Source of the DNA: Candidatus Woesearchaeota archaeon
GTDB taxonomy: Archaea; Nanobdellota; Nanobdellia; Woesearchaeales; SKIA01
Direction of reading: 5' to 3'
DNA length: 64,000 nucleotides
NCBI GenBank assembly: GCA_047602905.1
Contig: JBLKOP010000001.1
Span: 26,773-90,772, forward strand
Shown: positions 1 through 8,607 of the stretch, in pieces
Position numbering within the stretch: position 1 is the first letter of the stretch
Layout of the letters: every line of letters begins with the position of its first letter
Notes under the pieces: generated by a model
Seen by the model: only the letters and a program-made list of their open reading frames with translations
What the model was told of the DNA's origin: nothing
Databases searched by the model: none
Made by a program: the position numbers and the translations under genes

Positions 1-2195
1 AAAGCACACAAACAATAAGCAACCAATGCGAAGAACTCATACCGATTAGCTTTCTGAAAACACACCTAGAACAATACTATCCACACGCAGAAAACCTAGG
101 AAGAACCAAAATACCCAGAAAAATACCCAGCAAGAAAGTAAGCCCGACACCAAGAATATACCTAGAAGAACAAGACGAAGAACTCCTCCTACAACTCCGC
201 TTTGCGTACGAAGAAAAAGAAGTACTCGCAGGAAGCAACCAAGAACTCTACACGTACAGAAACGAAACAATAACACACACAACAAGAGACAAAGAAACAG
301 AAGATTTTTTTAGTATACAGTTCAAAACCAACAACGTACAAGCAACAAGAGACGGGTACACACCAAAAAACAACCCGTACAGCTGGTTAGTAGATGACGC
401 AGAAGAACTCTTAGAGCTAGGTTTTGAAATCTACGGAAAAAACAATCTGCTGCATTTTAATGCACAAAAAACTGTGATAAGCATAAGCACGCATGAACAA
501 CCAGATTATTTGGAGCTGCGCATACACGCAAGCGCAGGAGAGCAAAACATACCCTCGCACGTAATAGCAGAGATGCTACGAGCAGGACAAAGATACGTAA
601 AACTAGCAGACCAAAGCACAGCAGTCATACCACAAAAATACTTAGACAAACTCCAGCACAAACTCGCACTCTTAGAAAAAACGCCCGACGGTCTTAAACT
701 GCATCCAGCACACACAAAGCTCGTAGAAGAACTTGAAGAACTAGCAGAAGAAGTACAACACACAGAAGCGTATACTGCGCTTAAAGAGCGACTCCAAGAA
801 TTCACGCACATACAACAAGCAGAACTACCAGAAAACCTATCTGCGACTCTTAGAGAATACCAACAAGCAGGCTATGACTGGCTACACTTTCTAAACAAAC
901 ACTCATTTGGAGGAATACTCGCAGACGACATGGGACTAGGAAAAACGTTGACATGCTTAGCAATGCTACAATGGGCGTATGAAAACAACCCACAAGCACG
1001 CTTCTTAGTAGTCGTACCAACAAGCTTAGTAGATAATTGGCTAGCAGAAAGAAACAAATTCGCACAAGAAATGCCAGTATACACGCACTACGGAACAAGC
1101 AGAGAAACAAAAGCAGAGAACATACCAGCAGGAATAACCATAACCAGCTACAACACATTACGACTAGACCAAGAACTCCTAGCAAGCATTCAATGGGAGT
1201 ACGCGGTGCTGGACGAAAGCCACGCAATAAAAAACCCCGCAAGCAAAGTAGCCCAAGCAACAAGAACACTAAACGCAAAGAACAAACTCGCAATAACAGG
1301 AACACCAATAGAAAACAACGTAAGCGAGCTATGGAGTCAAATGCAATTCACAAACCCAGGACTACTAGGAAGCTACGAAGCATTCACAACAACTTATGGG
1401 GAAGCAACCACTCAAGAACAAGAAACCCTAAAAAACCTCATAAAACCGTTTTTGCTACGAAGAACAAAACAACAAGTAGCAAAAGACCTACCAAAAAAAA
1501 CCATTCTCACACAACTCTGCGAAATGACAGACAAGCAAGCAAGTCTGTACGAAGCAACCAAACAACACCTCCAAGAAGAAGTAAGAAACGAACTACAACA
1601 AAAAGGAGCAACAAACAAAATATTCTTAGCCCTACTACGACTACGACAACTAGCAAACCACCCACAACTACTCACCAACAACTACCACGCAGAAAGCGGA
1701 AAATTCGAAGCGCTCTTTGAGAAAATACAGGAAGCAATAAGTGAAGGACACAAAATACTCATTTTCAGTAGCTTCACAAAAATACTTGACCTCGTAGAGA
1801 AACAAATGCAAGAACACCTCTACTTACGCATAGACGGAAGCACGAAGAACCGACAAGCACTCGTAGAAGAGTTCCAAACCAACAAACACGTAAACGCATT
1901 TCTTATCAGCCTAAAAGCAGGAGGAGTAGGCCTCACACTAACAGCAGCAGACTACGTATTCATCATAGACCCGTGGTGGAACCCACAAGCAGAAATGCAA
2001 GCAATAGACCGAGCACACAGAATAGGACAACAAAAACCGGTGTTTGTCTACAAGTTCATAACAAAAAACACTGTAGAAGAAAAAATAGCTCGGCTACAAG
2101 AAAGCAAACTAGAACTAGCAAACAACCTCATAACAACAGAGGAGAGCTTCGTAAAACAACTAACAAAAGAAGACCTTATCGGACTCTTTGAGTAA
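1..2195 (+). CDS. SNF2-family DNA helicase/translocase, 5'-partial (frame open from nt 3 to window edge)
   Basis: Helicase motif I ILADDMGLGKT and motif II DESH; C-terminal helicase domain LISLKAGGVGLTLTAADYVFIIDPWWNPQAEMQAIDRAHRIGQ; no stop codon in frame upstream of the annotated GTG at 474. Confidence 0.8.
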   Translation, partial: STQTISNQCEELIPISFLKTHLEQYYPHAENLGRTKIPRKIPSKKVSPTPRIYLEEQDEELLLQLRFAYEEKEVLAGSNQELYTYRNETITHTTRDKETEDFFSIQFKTNNVQATRDGYTPKNNPYSWLVDDAEELLELGFEIYGKNNLLHFNAQKTVISISTHEQPDYLELRIHASAGEQNIPSHVIAEMLRAGQRYVKLADQSTAVIPQKYLDKLQHKLALLEKTPDGLKLHPAHTKLVEELEELAEEVQHTEAYTALKERLQEFTHIQQAELPENLSATLREYQQAGYDWLHFLNKHSFGGILADDMGLGKTLTCLAMLQWAYENNPQARFLVVVPTSLVDNWLAERNKFAQEMPVYTHYGTSRETKAENIPAGITITSYNTLRLDQELLASIQWEYAVLDESHAIKNPASKVAQATRTLNAKNKLAITGTPIENNVSELWSQMQFTNPGLLGSYEAFTTTYGEATTQEQETLKNLIKPFLLRRTKQQVAKDLPKKTILTQLCEMTDKQASLYEATKQHLQEEVRNELQQKGATNKIFLALLRLRQLANHPQLLTNNYHAESGKFEALFEKIQEAISEGHKILIFSSFTKILDLVEKQMQEHLYLRIDGSTKNRQALVEEFQTNKHVNAFLISLKAGGVGLTLTAADYVFIIDPWWNPQAEMQAIDRAHRIGQQKPVFVYKFITKNTVEEKIARLQESKLELANNLITTEESFVKQLTKEDLIGLFE

Positions 2196-2207
2196 CAAAA
2201 AATGTTT

Positions 2208-2759
2208 TTATTCGTTCTTCATAATCTCAGCGTAGCGCTCAAGAGAATCAAGAACTTTAGCTAGTCGATCAGTATAGGTTTCATCAACAAGAACACCTTG
2301 TTCACCAAACACTTCTTGCACCCTACTAATCGCTAAAGACTCAGGAATACTACTACAACCAAGCTTATTAAGAATAGGTCGTAACTGCTCAACTGCACGA
2401 ACACCACCAAAACCCCCAGAGCTATAACTAACAAGTAAGAAAGGAGAACCAAACAACTCCTTACCAAACACGTCAAGAACGTTCTTTAACGAACCAGGAA
2501 ACGAATGATTATACTCAGCAGTAACCGCAACAAACCCATCAGCACGAACAATACGATCGCGAAGCAAAGTAAGTTTCTCAGAAGGACTCGCTAAGAAACC
2601 GTAGCGCTCACGCATAACAAGTAACTCCTCGTACTCAAGAGGATCAAGAAGAAACACCTCATGACCCCTTCTTTGCAAAGAAGAAACAACCCACTCAGAA
2701 ACCTTCATCCCCTCACGACCATCACGAACACTTCCACAAACAACAACAAACTCTGCCAT
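2208..2759 (-). CDS. NAD(P)H-dependent FMN reductase-like flavoprotein
   Basis: Flavodoxin-like fold motifs (MAEFVVVCGS, FPGSLKNVLD); start chosen at MAEF because a palindromic TATA sits about 30 bp upstream on the minus strand. Confidence 0.55.
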   Translation of the reverse strand: MAEFVVVCGSVRDGREGMKVSEWVVSSLQRRGHEVFLLDPLEYEELLVMRERYGFLASPSEKLTLLRDRIVRADGFVAVTAEYNHSFPGSLKNVLDVFGKELFGSPFLLVSYSSGGFGGVRAVEQLRPILNKLGCSSIPESLAISRVQEVFGEQGVLVDETYTDRLAKVLDSLERYAEIMKNE

Positions 2760-2827
2760 AACAACCAACAAACAACCACTCATTAAAAAAACTAACTTAT
2801 AAAAAGCTCTTCTTATAAAACACCCCT

Positions 2828-3961
2828 ATGAGTACGCAAGAAGAAACACGAAGAATACAAGAAGTAATCAAGAACAACGACTACAACGACACACGAGCAA
2901 GCGTACTACTACCGTACCAAGACACGACACCCATAGAACTCACCGCACAAAAATACCGAGGATGCGAAGCACTCGTAATCATAGGAATAGGAGGAAGCAA
3001 CCTAGGAACGTGGGCAGTGCATGAAGCAATACACGGAGAACTCCATAACGAAACAGCAAAAACAAAAGTATACTTTGCGGACACAACAGACGCACACCAA
3101 CTAACAAAACTACAACAACGACTAGAAACCATACAAGGAAGAACTGTATACGTAGTCATAAGCAAAAGCGGAACAACAGCAGAAACAATAGCAAACGCAA
3201 GCATACTCGTAAAGGACTGGAGTGACGCAATCATCATAACAGGAAAAAACAGCCTCCTAGACGGACTTAACGGCGCAAGCACGCTACACATACAAGAACA
3301 AATAGGAGGGCGCTACAGCGTCTTTAGCGCAGTAGGACTCCTCCCACTAGCAATACTAGGAATAAACATAAACCAACTCCTAGCAGGAGCAAGAGGAGCA
3401 CTAGAAAACCTAGAAGCAATAGCGCAACAAGTCAATAAAGAACACGAAGCAAACAAACAAATAACAGAAGCCTTCTTCTTCGCACCACTACAACGACTAG
3501 GGCAGTGGAGAAGACAACTCATAGCAGAAAGCCTAGGAAAAAACGGCAAAGGACCACTACCAACAACAAGAATAGGAAGCACAGACCTACACAGCACAGC
3601 ACAAAGAAGCCTAGACGGACCAAACGACACCTACACAACATTCATAACAGTAGAAGAAACACCAACAATACCCATACCCAACAACAAAACAAGCCAACTC
3701 GTAGAAGACCTAGCAGACAAAACCACCAAACAACTCCTAGAAGCAATACAAGAAGCAACAATGAAAGCGTATGAAGAAGCAAACAGACCCTACAAACACC
3801 TAACCCTACAAAAAATACACGAGAAAAGCATAGGAGCACTCATGCAAACAATGATGCTAGAAACAATGCTACAAGCAAACCTCCTAGGAATAAACGCGTT
3901 TGACCAACCAGCAGTAGAAAACTACAAAAAACACACCAAAGAAAACCTTAAACAACTATGA
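2828..3961 (+). CDS. pgi: glucose-6-phosphate isomerase
   Basis: GIGGSNLG, SKSGTTAET and GGRYSVFSAVG motifs; TATA about 25 bp upstream. Confidence 0.8.
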   Translation: MSTQEETRRIQEVIKNNDYNDTRASVLLPYQDTTPIELTAQKYRGCEALVIIGIGGSNLGTWAVHEAIHGELHNETAKTKVYFADTTDAHQLTKLQQRLETIQGRTVYVVISKSGTTAETIANASILVKDWSDAIIITGKNSLLDGLNGASTLHIQEQIGGRYSVFSAVGLLPLAILGININQLLAGARGALENLEAIAQQVNKEHEANKQITEAFFFAPLQRLGQWRRQLIAESLGKNGKGPLPTTRIGSTDLHSTAQRSLDGPNDTYTTFITVEETPTIPIPNNKTSQLVEDLADKTTKQLLEAIQEATMKAYEEANRPYKHLTLQKIHEKSIGALMQTMMLETMLQANLLGINAFDQPAVENYKKHTKENLKQL

Positions 3962-4696
3962 TCTACGAGTTTTTAGTGCTTCTTTAATATCAGTAATTAC
4001 ACTAAATCCATGGTAATATATTGCGCTACACAACTGAACACTGCTCGCTCCTGCGTGTACTGCTTCTTGCGCGTCTTGAGCATTCATGATGCCTCCTGAA
4101 GCAGAAAAATATGTATCAGAAAACCTTTCTGAGAGTATATGAACAAGAGTCATTGTTTCTGCTCGCAACCCTTCTCCACAACGAGAACTCTTTCCCCAAT
4201 ACAACCCAGGACTGTTAGTTGGTGAGGAATAATACACTCCTATCGTTTCAGAATCAGAAAACGTAAACCCATCAACTGCAAACGCTAGTTGATCTAATAA
4301 CGGCATTTCTTGCTCTTGACGAGCAAGCTTAAAAAGCAAAGGAACTCCGAGCACAGACCTATCTATTCCTTGAATGAACTCATTAAATGCAGAGACTTTT
4401 CTTTTAACAAATCGCCGGTATTCTTGCGTGTTCAAGTCTAAATGTTCATCGTAGAGAAGCTTAATTGGTTTCTTATGACTTCCCTTAAACCAACGACTAT
4501 TAATCTCGATAGCATCTGCTCGTAGCCTGTATACCTCATCAAACTGCTTCTCATTTCTTGGAGCGTGACTTTGAATAACTTTTGTTTTAGGACTGTATTC
4601 TTTGATATCTTCATACAACTTATTTGCTTGCTTGAGCGTAAGTATTTCTATATCTTTTTTATCAGACCAACAATTAACGCTTTGAAGCGCTCGCAT
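3956..4696 (-). CDS. dihydroorotate-dehydrogenase-like TIM-barrel protein, probably N-terminally truncated or degenerate
   Basis: C-terminal GGIMNAQDAQEAVHAGASSVQLCSAIYY resembles DHOD FMN-binding tail; ADAIEINSRWF sits where the ELNLSCPN active-site motif would be (Cys absent); 246 aa is short for DHOD. Confidence 0.4.
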   Translation of the reverse strand: MRALQSVNCWSDKKDIEILTLKQANKLYEDIKEYSPKTKVIQSHAPRNEKQFDEVYRLRADAIEINSRWFKGSHKKPIKLLYDEHLDLNTQEYRRFVKRKVSAFNEFIQGIDRSVLGVPLLFKLARQEQEMPLLDQLAFAVDGFTFSDSETIGVYYSSPTNSPGLYWGKSSRCGEGLRAETMTLVHILSERFSDTYFSASGGIMNAQDAQEAVHAGASSVQLCSAIYYHGFSVITDIKEALKTRRS

Positions 4697-4956
4697 ATCT
4701 TTTCCTTCGATTACTTCTTGATCATTTATTTCTGGAATGATATACTTTGGTGATTTTGAGTTGGTCCCTGAAAAAAGCGGTGCTTTTCCTTTTAGGATGT
4801 GTCGATCTTTTTTTCTTGGAATTGGCTCAAAGAGCGTCTATTCCTGCATCTATTGCTTTCTTTGCATGCCTAAAATTGTCAGTGAATGGCGAGGAAGCCA
4901 TCCATACGTTTCCAAAAGAAAACAACGAATCCATATAACTACCAATTAGTAGTTAT

Positions 4957-5592
4957 TTAAAAGTTTTTATGTTTTTTCTCAACACAAGAAACAATATACT
5001 CCTCGTGAATAACCTGAACAGGAAGAGAACCATCAAGAGTAACTATACGATCACTATGCATCCTAGCAAGTTCATCATAGCCCTGCTTAACAAGAGCATG
5101 AAACGAGTCGTTTTGAGACTCCATACGATCCCTCTCTCCTTTACGAGAATTCAATCTTTGAAGGCGCTCCTCTAAACTAATACTCAAATAAAACGTTACG
5201 TCAGGAACCATATCAAAAGACTCATTCATACGCTGTATCAACCCCCAATGTGGTTGTTGCTGTTGATAACGAGCAAACCCTTGATACGCAGAAGTACTAT
5301 CATAAAAACGATCCATAACAACAGTAACTCCTTGAGCAAGGTGTGGACGAATAACTTCTTCAACCATCTGAGCACGAGAAGCATTAAACAAATACAACTC
5401 AGACAAAGAACTCATATCCTCTCCGTGAAGCAACAACGAACGAATCTGCTCCCCCAAATTAGTACCTCCAGGCTCTCTACGAACAATATGATCTATGCCT
5501 TGCTTAGAAAAATACTCTTTTAGCAACTCAATTTGTGTGCTCTTACCACAACCATCAAGGCCTTCAAACGTAATTAACGGAGCAGACCTCAT
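4957..5592 (-). CDS. tmk: thymidylate kinase
   Basis: P-loop ITFEGLDGCGKST, REPGGT, DRFYDSTSAYQG. Confidence 0.85.
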   Translation of the reverse strand: MRSAPLITFEGLDGCGKSTQIELLKEYFSKQGIDHIVRREPGGTNLGEQIRSLLLHGEDMSSLSELYLFNASRAQMVEEVIRPHLAQGVTVVMDRFYDSTSAYQGFARYQQQQPHWGLIQRMNESFDMVPDVTFYLSISLEERLQRLNSRKGERDRMESQNDSFHALVKQGYDELARMHSDRIVTLDGSLPVQVIHEEYIVSCVEKKHKNF

Positions 5593-6764
5593 GAAGCCAT
5601 ACGGGGAGGAAAACCATTAATAAGTACTTTTTCTGCGCGCTGTTTAATAGCATAGTTTTCTACTACGAAATCATCTACTTCTGTCTCGTTTAGTGGATTA
5701 GAAACAACTCGTAATCTCGGTGGCTCAGCATGACTTCTTCGCCCAAGCTGCTCTAATAAATACGGGACGTGATCATAGCCAGGAGTACCCTCTTCTTCAG
5801 GAAGCTTCTTAAGCAAATCCTCAAGAACGGTGTGCGGGTGCTCTTTTCTGAGTGTATCTTGAAGCCAACGAAGATTATCTTCTTGTGCATACCAAGAAGC
5901 GCGTTTATCTGAACCAACATATATGTGGTGATCACCAATATTATGGATGAACTCTCCGGGTTTTACACCTACTTCAACAGCTATTTTTGCTGTTAATGCT
6001 GCGTATTGTGGAGGATTAAACCCTAAGCCTAAGAAATGGTCTGCGCTTCTTTGATTCATTTGCAAATCAAGGCGCTCCTCTCCAGCTCTATCAGTGTATG
6101 TGTACGCTTGAAACATGTTATGACACGGAGCAAGAGCTGCTCGTTTCAGCTTAACATCAACAGGGTTCCAAGCAGTTACTATGTGATATCTGCTCGTAGG
6201 ATCTTCTTGTAAATGAGTTACCATATCTTGAAGCTGATCAACATAAACAATTCCTTGCTCAGTTACGCCTGCAAAGTTTCTCCACTGTTCAGGATAAAAC
6301 TTACCTAGATCACCTGCCTCAGGATTATTTCCTGATAAAACAAGCTCTTCATACTCTTGTAGTGCATCCTCAAAAGCAGGAGTGTCTTTTTTGAGTTGCT
6401 TTCACTTATGATCGTCAGGAAGCTTGTTTCGATAAAAATTAAACGCGTTAGCAGTCCATATCGTCATTCCCTGCTCCAAATACCACTTCAGGTTCGTCTC
6501 GTTACGAATAAAACCCACTATTTCAGGTAGTAACTGTGATTTGTAGCCTATGGGTTTTGTTTGAGAAAGAGGAAAGCTTTCGTCACTAAGATCGTACACT
6601 GCTTGTGTACCAAAAGAACCTATGGTGTGTATAACTGTTCTACTTGCTTTTCGAAAGTTTAGCTTTGAACTCGTCAATAAATCATAGCTGTGTTGATGAT
6701 ATGCTTTGTCGTGTTTGTTTAATGAACTGTCTTCTCTTGGCTTTAACATTACTGCCCCCAACAC
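5589..6764 (-). pseudogene. thyA: thymidylate synthase ThyA interrupted by one in-frame TGA (plus strand 6402-6404)
   Basis: N-terminal ORF (6402-6764) and C-terminal ORF (5589-6224) are in the same frame, with no other stop in the 59 codons between them; conserved ThyA segments flank and span the TGA (GDLGKFYPEQWRNF, HIVTAWNP, ALAPCHNMFQAY, QRSADHFLGLGFN). Confidence 0.75.
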
Positions 6765-6822
6765 CCCTTTTAATAAGTTCTAAAGCCAACTATATAACTG
6801 TTTTCTTATTACTACTTTGGGA

Positions 6823-6996
6823 CTACTGCTTAGTTAACGCCATAGCAGCAAATCCAAGACCTAAACCAATAAATAAGCTAGCAATAAGAGCGTCCAGTAA
6901 GAACCCAACACCAATACCAAGCATGATACCTGCAGGAATAAACAACCCGCTTCTATCCTCAGAGCCTTTCTTTTTAGCAGACGATTTCTTAGCCAT
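6823..6996 (-). CDS. small membrane protein (57 aa), absent from ORF track
   Basis: Hand translation: MAKKSSAKKKGSEDRSGLFIPAGIMLGIGVGFLLDALIASLFIGLGLGFAAMALTKQ; basic N-terminus followed by one or two TM helices. Confidence 0.35.
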   Translation of the reverse strand: MAKKSSAKKKGSEDRSGLFIPAGIMLGIGVGFLLDALIASLFIGLGLGFAAMALTKQ

Positions 6997-7032
6997 AATG
7001 CCTTCTTTGTGCGTACTCGTTCTTATACGTAT

Positions 7033-7491
7033 CTATTCTTCTAGTTCATCAGCATTTACGCTGAGAAGAACGCTTTCATCAACGCGATCAATAACGTCCT
7101 GAGTAATAACAATCGTCTTACGCCTACTCACCCGAACAACTAATTCGTTAATCGTATTATCTTCTTCGTGCAAAGAAACGCTCTGCACATGACCAACAAG
7201 GCCTCCATCAACACCAAAAACAGGCACTCCACGCAAACGAAAAGCAGGACGAATAGTCAAAAAAATCGCGTGAGCAGTGATCTCAGCAACGTGCTTTGTA
7301 CCAATCATTAACCCGTCTCGCAAAAACCCTTTATCAACACTAAAGCCAAGAACCTGAATAGAAGCAGGGTCTATGTAGAGCTTATCAACAACACCGATAT
7401 GCAACCCGTCAGCATCAAGAACGTCTTTTCCAAGGATATCCTCGGAAGTAATAGCGTTACTTGGTAGGTTTGAATGAGTCCTTGACATCAA
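7033..7491 (-). CDS. PRC-barrel domain protein
   Basis: Two PRC-barrel-like repeats (ILGKDVLDADGLHIGVVDKLYID...); true start may lie downstream of the annotated M. Confidence 0.5.
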   Translation of the reverse strand: MMSRTHSNLPSNAITSEDILGKDVLDADGLHIGVVDKLYIDPASIQVLGFSVDKGFLRDGLMIGTKHVAEITAHAIFLTIRPAFRLRGVPVFGVDGGLVGHVQSVSLHEEDNTINELVVRVSRRKTIVITQDVIDRVDESVLLSVNADELEE

Positions 7492-7939
7492 CGTAGCCTC
7501 CCTTAAGAATAATAGCGGAGTTCATACTCGCAACAGCACTAACAGGAACTTCACGCATAAACAACAATCGTCGACGAACAATAAAGGAGACTAAATCATT
7601 AGTTTCTTGCTCGCGAACAACATCAACGACTCTGCCAAAACGTTTCCCATCCTTAGAAACAACGCTTCGACCCCGAAAAACAATAACAGGATCCACACGC
7701 AAAATAACTGCCTTATCCGTTAAGCGACTCACAAACTCATGACTAACGTACACCTTAGACTGCCAAGGCCGTCTACGAACAAGAACGCCCTCTAAACTTC
7801 TATGAGAATCATCCAAACGAACCTCACAAACCCTGCCAAGAACCAAACCACTCTTCGTTAAGACACGCTTACCAAGAAGATCATGTGCTTTTTTTGTCTG
7901 CGCAAAAACAGCAGCTTCTTTACGAAAAACCTCAATCAT
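7457..7939 (-). CDS. PRC-barrel domain protein, paralog of downstream gene
   Basis: LLGKRVLTKSGLVLGRVCEVRLDD and a second barrel; tandem with 7033-7491. Confidence 0.5.
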   Translation of the reverse strand: MIEVFRKEAAVFAQTKKAHDLLGKRVLTKSGLVLGRVCEVRLDDSHRSLEGVLVRRRPWQSKVYVSHEFVSRLTDKAVILRVDPVIVFRGRSVVSKDGKRFGRVVDVVREQETNDLVSFIVRRRLLFMREVPVSAVASMNSAIILKGGYVDVKDSFKPTK

Positions 7940-7971
7940 GAATGTACCGTACCCCTAGAAGCTTATATGCT

Positions 7972-8556
7972 TTATGCTAACAGAACAGCAAGATACGCAG
8001 TAACAGAGAACTTCACAACACAACCAAGAACTAAAAACACAAACAACCGAAGCATGTTATAACGAGCAACACCCAAACCAAAGGTAAGAACAGGAGCAGG
8101 AACGAACGGAAGAACATTAGCAACAAACACATACACAGAACCATGAGCGTTTACTCTACGACGAAGACCATACATTTTCTTCGCACTCACCAAAGACAAC
8201 GCGATACGAGAAAGCTTCCAACCAATAACGTAACTAACCAAGTTACCAAGAACAAAACCAGCAACCATAGCAGCAACACTAGCTATAGGAGCAGAACCAG
8301 AAGAAACAGCCGTAAACAAGACAGCCTCTAACGGAACACCCAAGAAGAACAAGCCAGAAACAAACGATAAATACAGCAGCGTAGAAGCGCTTAAAGAAGA
8401 AAAATCCGGTGTAAGAGCAGAAAACCCTCCTCGCAACAACACAGCCAAAGCAACACCAACAACTACCAAACTCACACCAAGAGCAATGAGCCGAGGCTTT
8501 TTGTGCTCAGAAGTTAAGAACAAGTAACTCGTAGACATACACACTACACAAAACAA
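7972..8556 (-). CDS. DedA/VTT-family-like integral membrane protein
   Basis: Multiple TM helices; GNLVSYVIGWKLSR resembles DedA motif. Confidence 0.4.
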   Translation of the reverse strand: MFCVVCMSTSYLFLTSEHKKPRLIALGVSLVVVGVALAVLLRGGFSALTPDFSSLSASTLLYLSFVSGLFFLGVPLEAVLFTAVSSGSAPIASVAAMVAGFVLGNLVSYVIGWKLSRIALSLVSAKKMYGLRRRVNAHGSVYVFVANVLPFVPAPVLTFGLGVARYNMLRLFVFLVLGCVVKFSVTAYLAVLLA

Positions 8557-8607
8557 ACGTTTATAAGAACCTATCCATACAAAACACTGTATACGAGGTG
8601 TGAAGAA

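Noticed and set aside
1037-1720. Long K/R/N/T-rich ORFs (for example 1037-1720 +, 3505-3774 +, 29157-29672 +, 36713-37279 -) and L/F/V/C-rich ORFs (850-1308 -, 28985-29404 -, 36056-36445 +) in alternative frames of real genes
   Set aside because: They are frame artefacts of the extreme A+C (or G+T) strand bias. A/C-rich DNA is stop-poor in all frames, the ORFs overlap well-supported genes, and they have low-complexity translations.
3959-3961. Genome-wide reassignment of TGA as a sense codon (explaining the thyA interruption)
   Set aside because: pgi and other genes terminate cleanly at TGA. All other conserved genes in the window are full length with TGA treated as stop. A single in-frame TGA is better explained by a pseudogene, an error or local readthrough.
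4824-4928. Possible N-terminal remnant of the DHOD-like gene (MDSLFSFGNVWMASSPFTDNFRHAKKAIDAGIDAL then TGA) upstream of 3956-4696
   Set aside because: The similarity to the DHOD N-terminus is weak. It is in a different frame from the main ORF and contains stops. It is mentioned only as a hint of gene decay, not annotated.
6644-7102. 152-aa plus-strand ORF overlapping thyA N-terminus and the PRC-barrel gene
   Set aside because: It overlaps two supported minus-strand genes and has a hydrophobic low-complexity translation. The real small gene in this gap is the minus-strand 57-aa membrane peptide.
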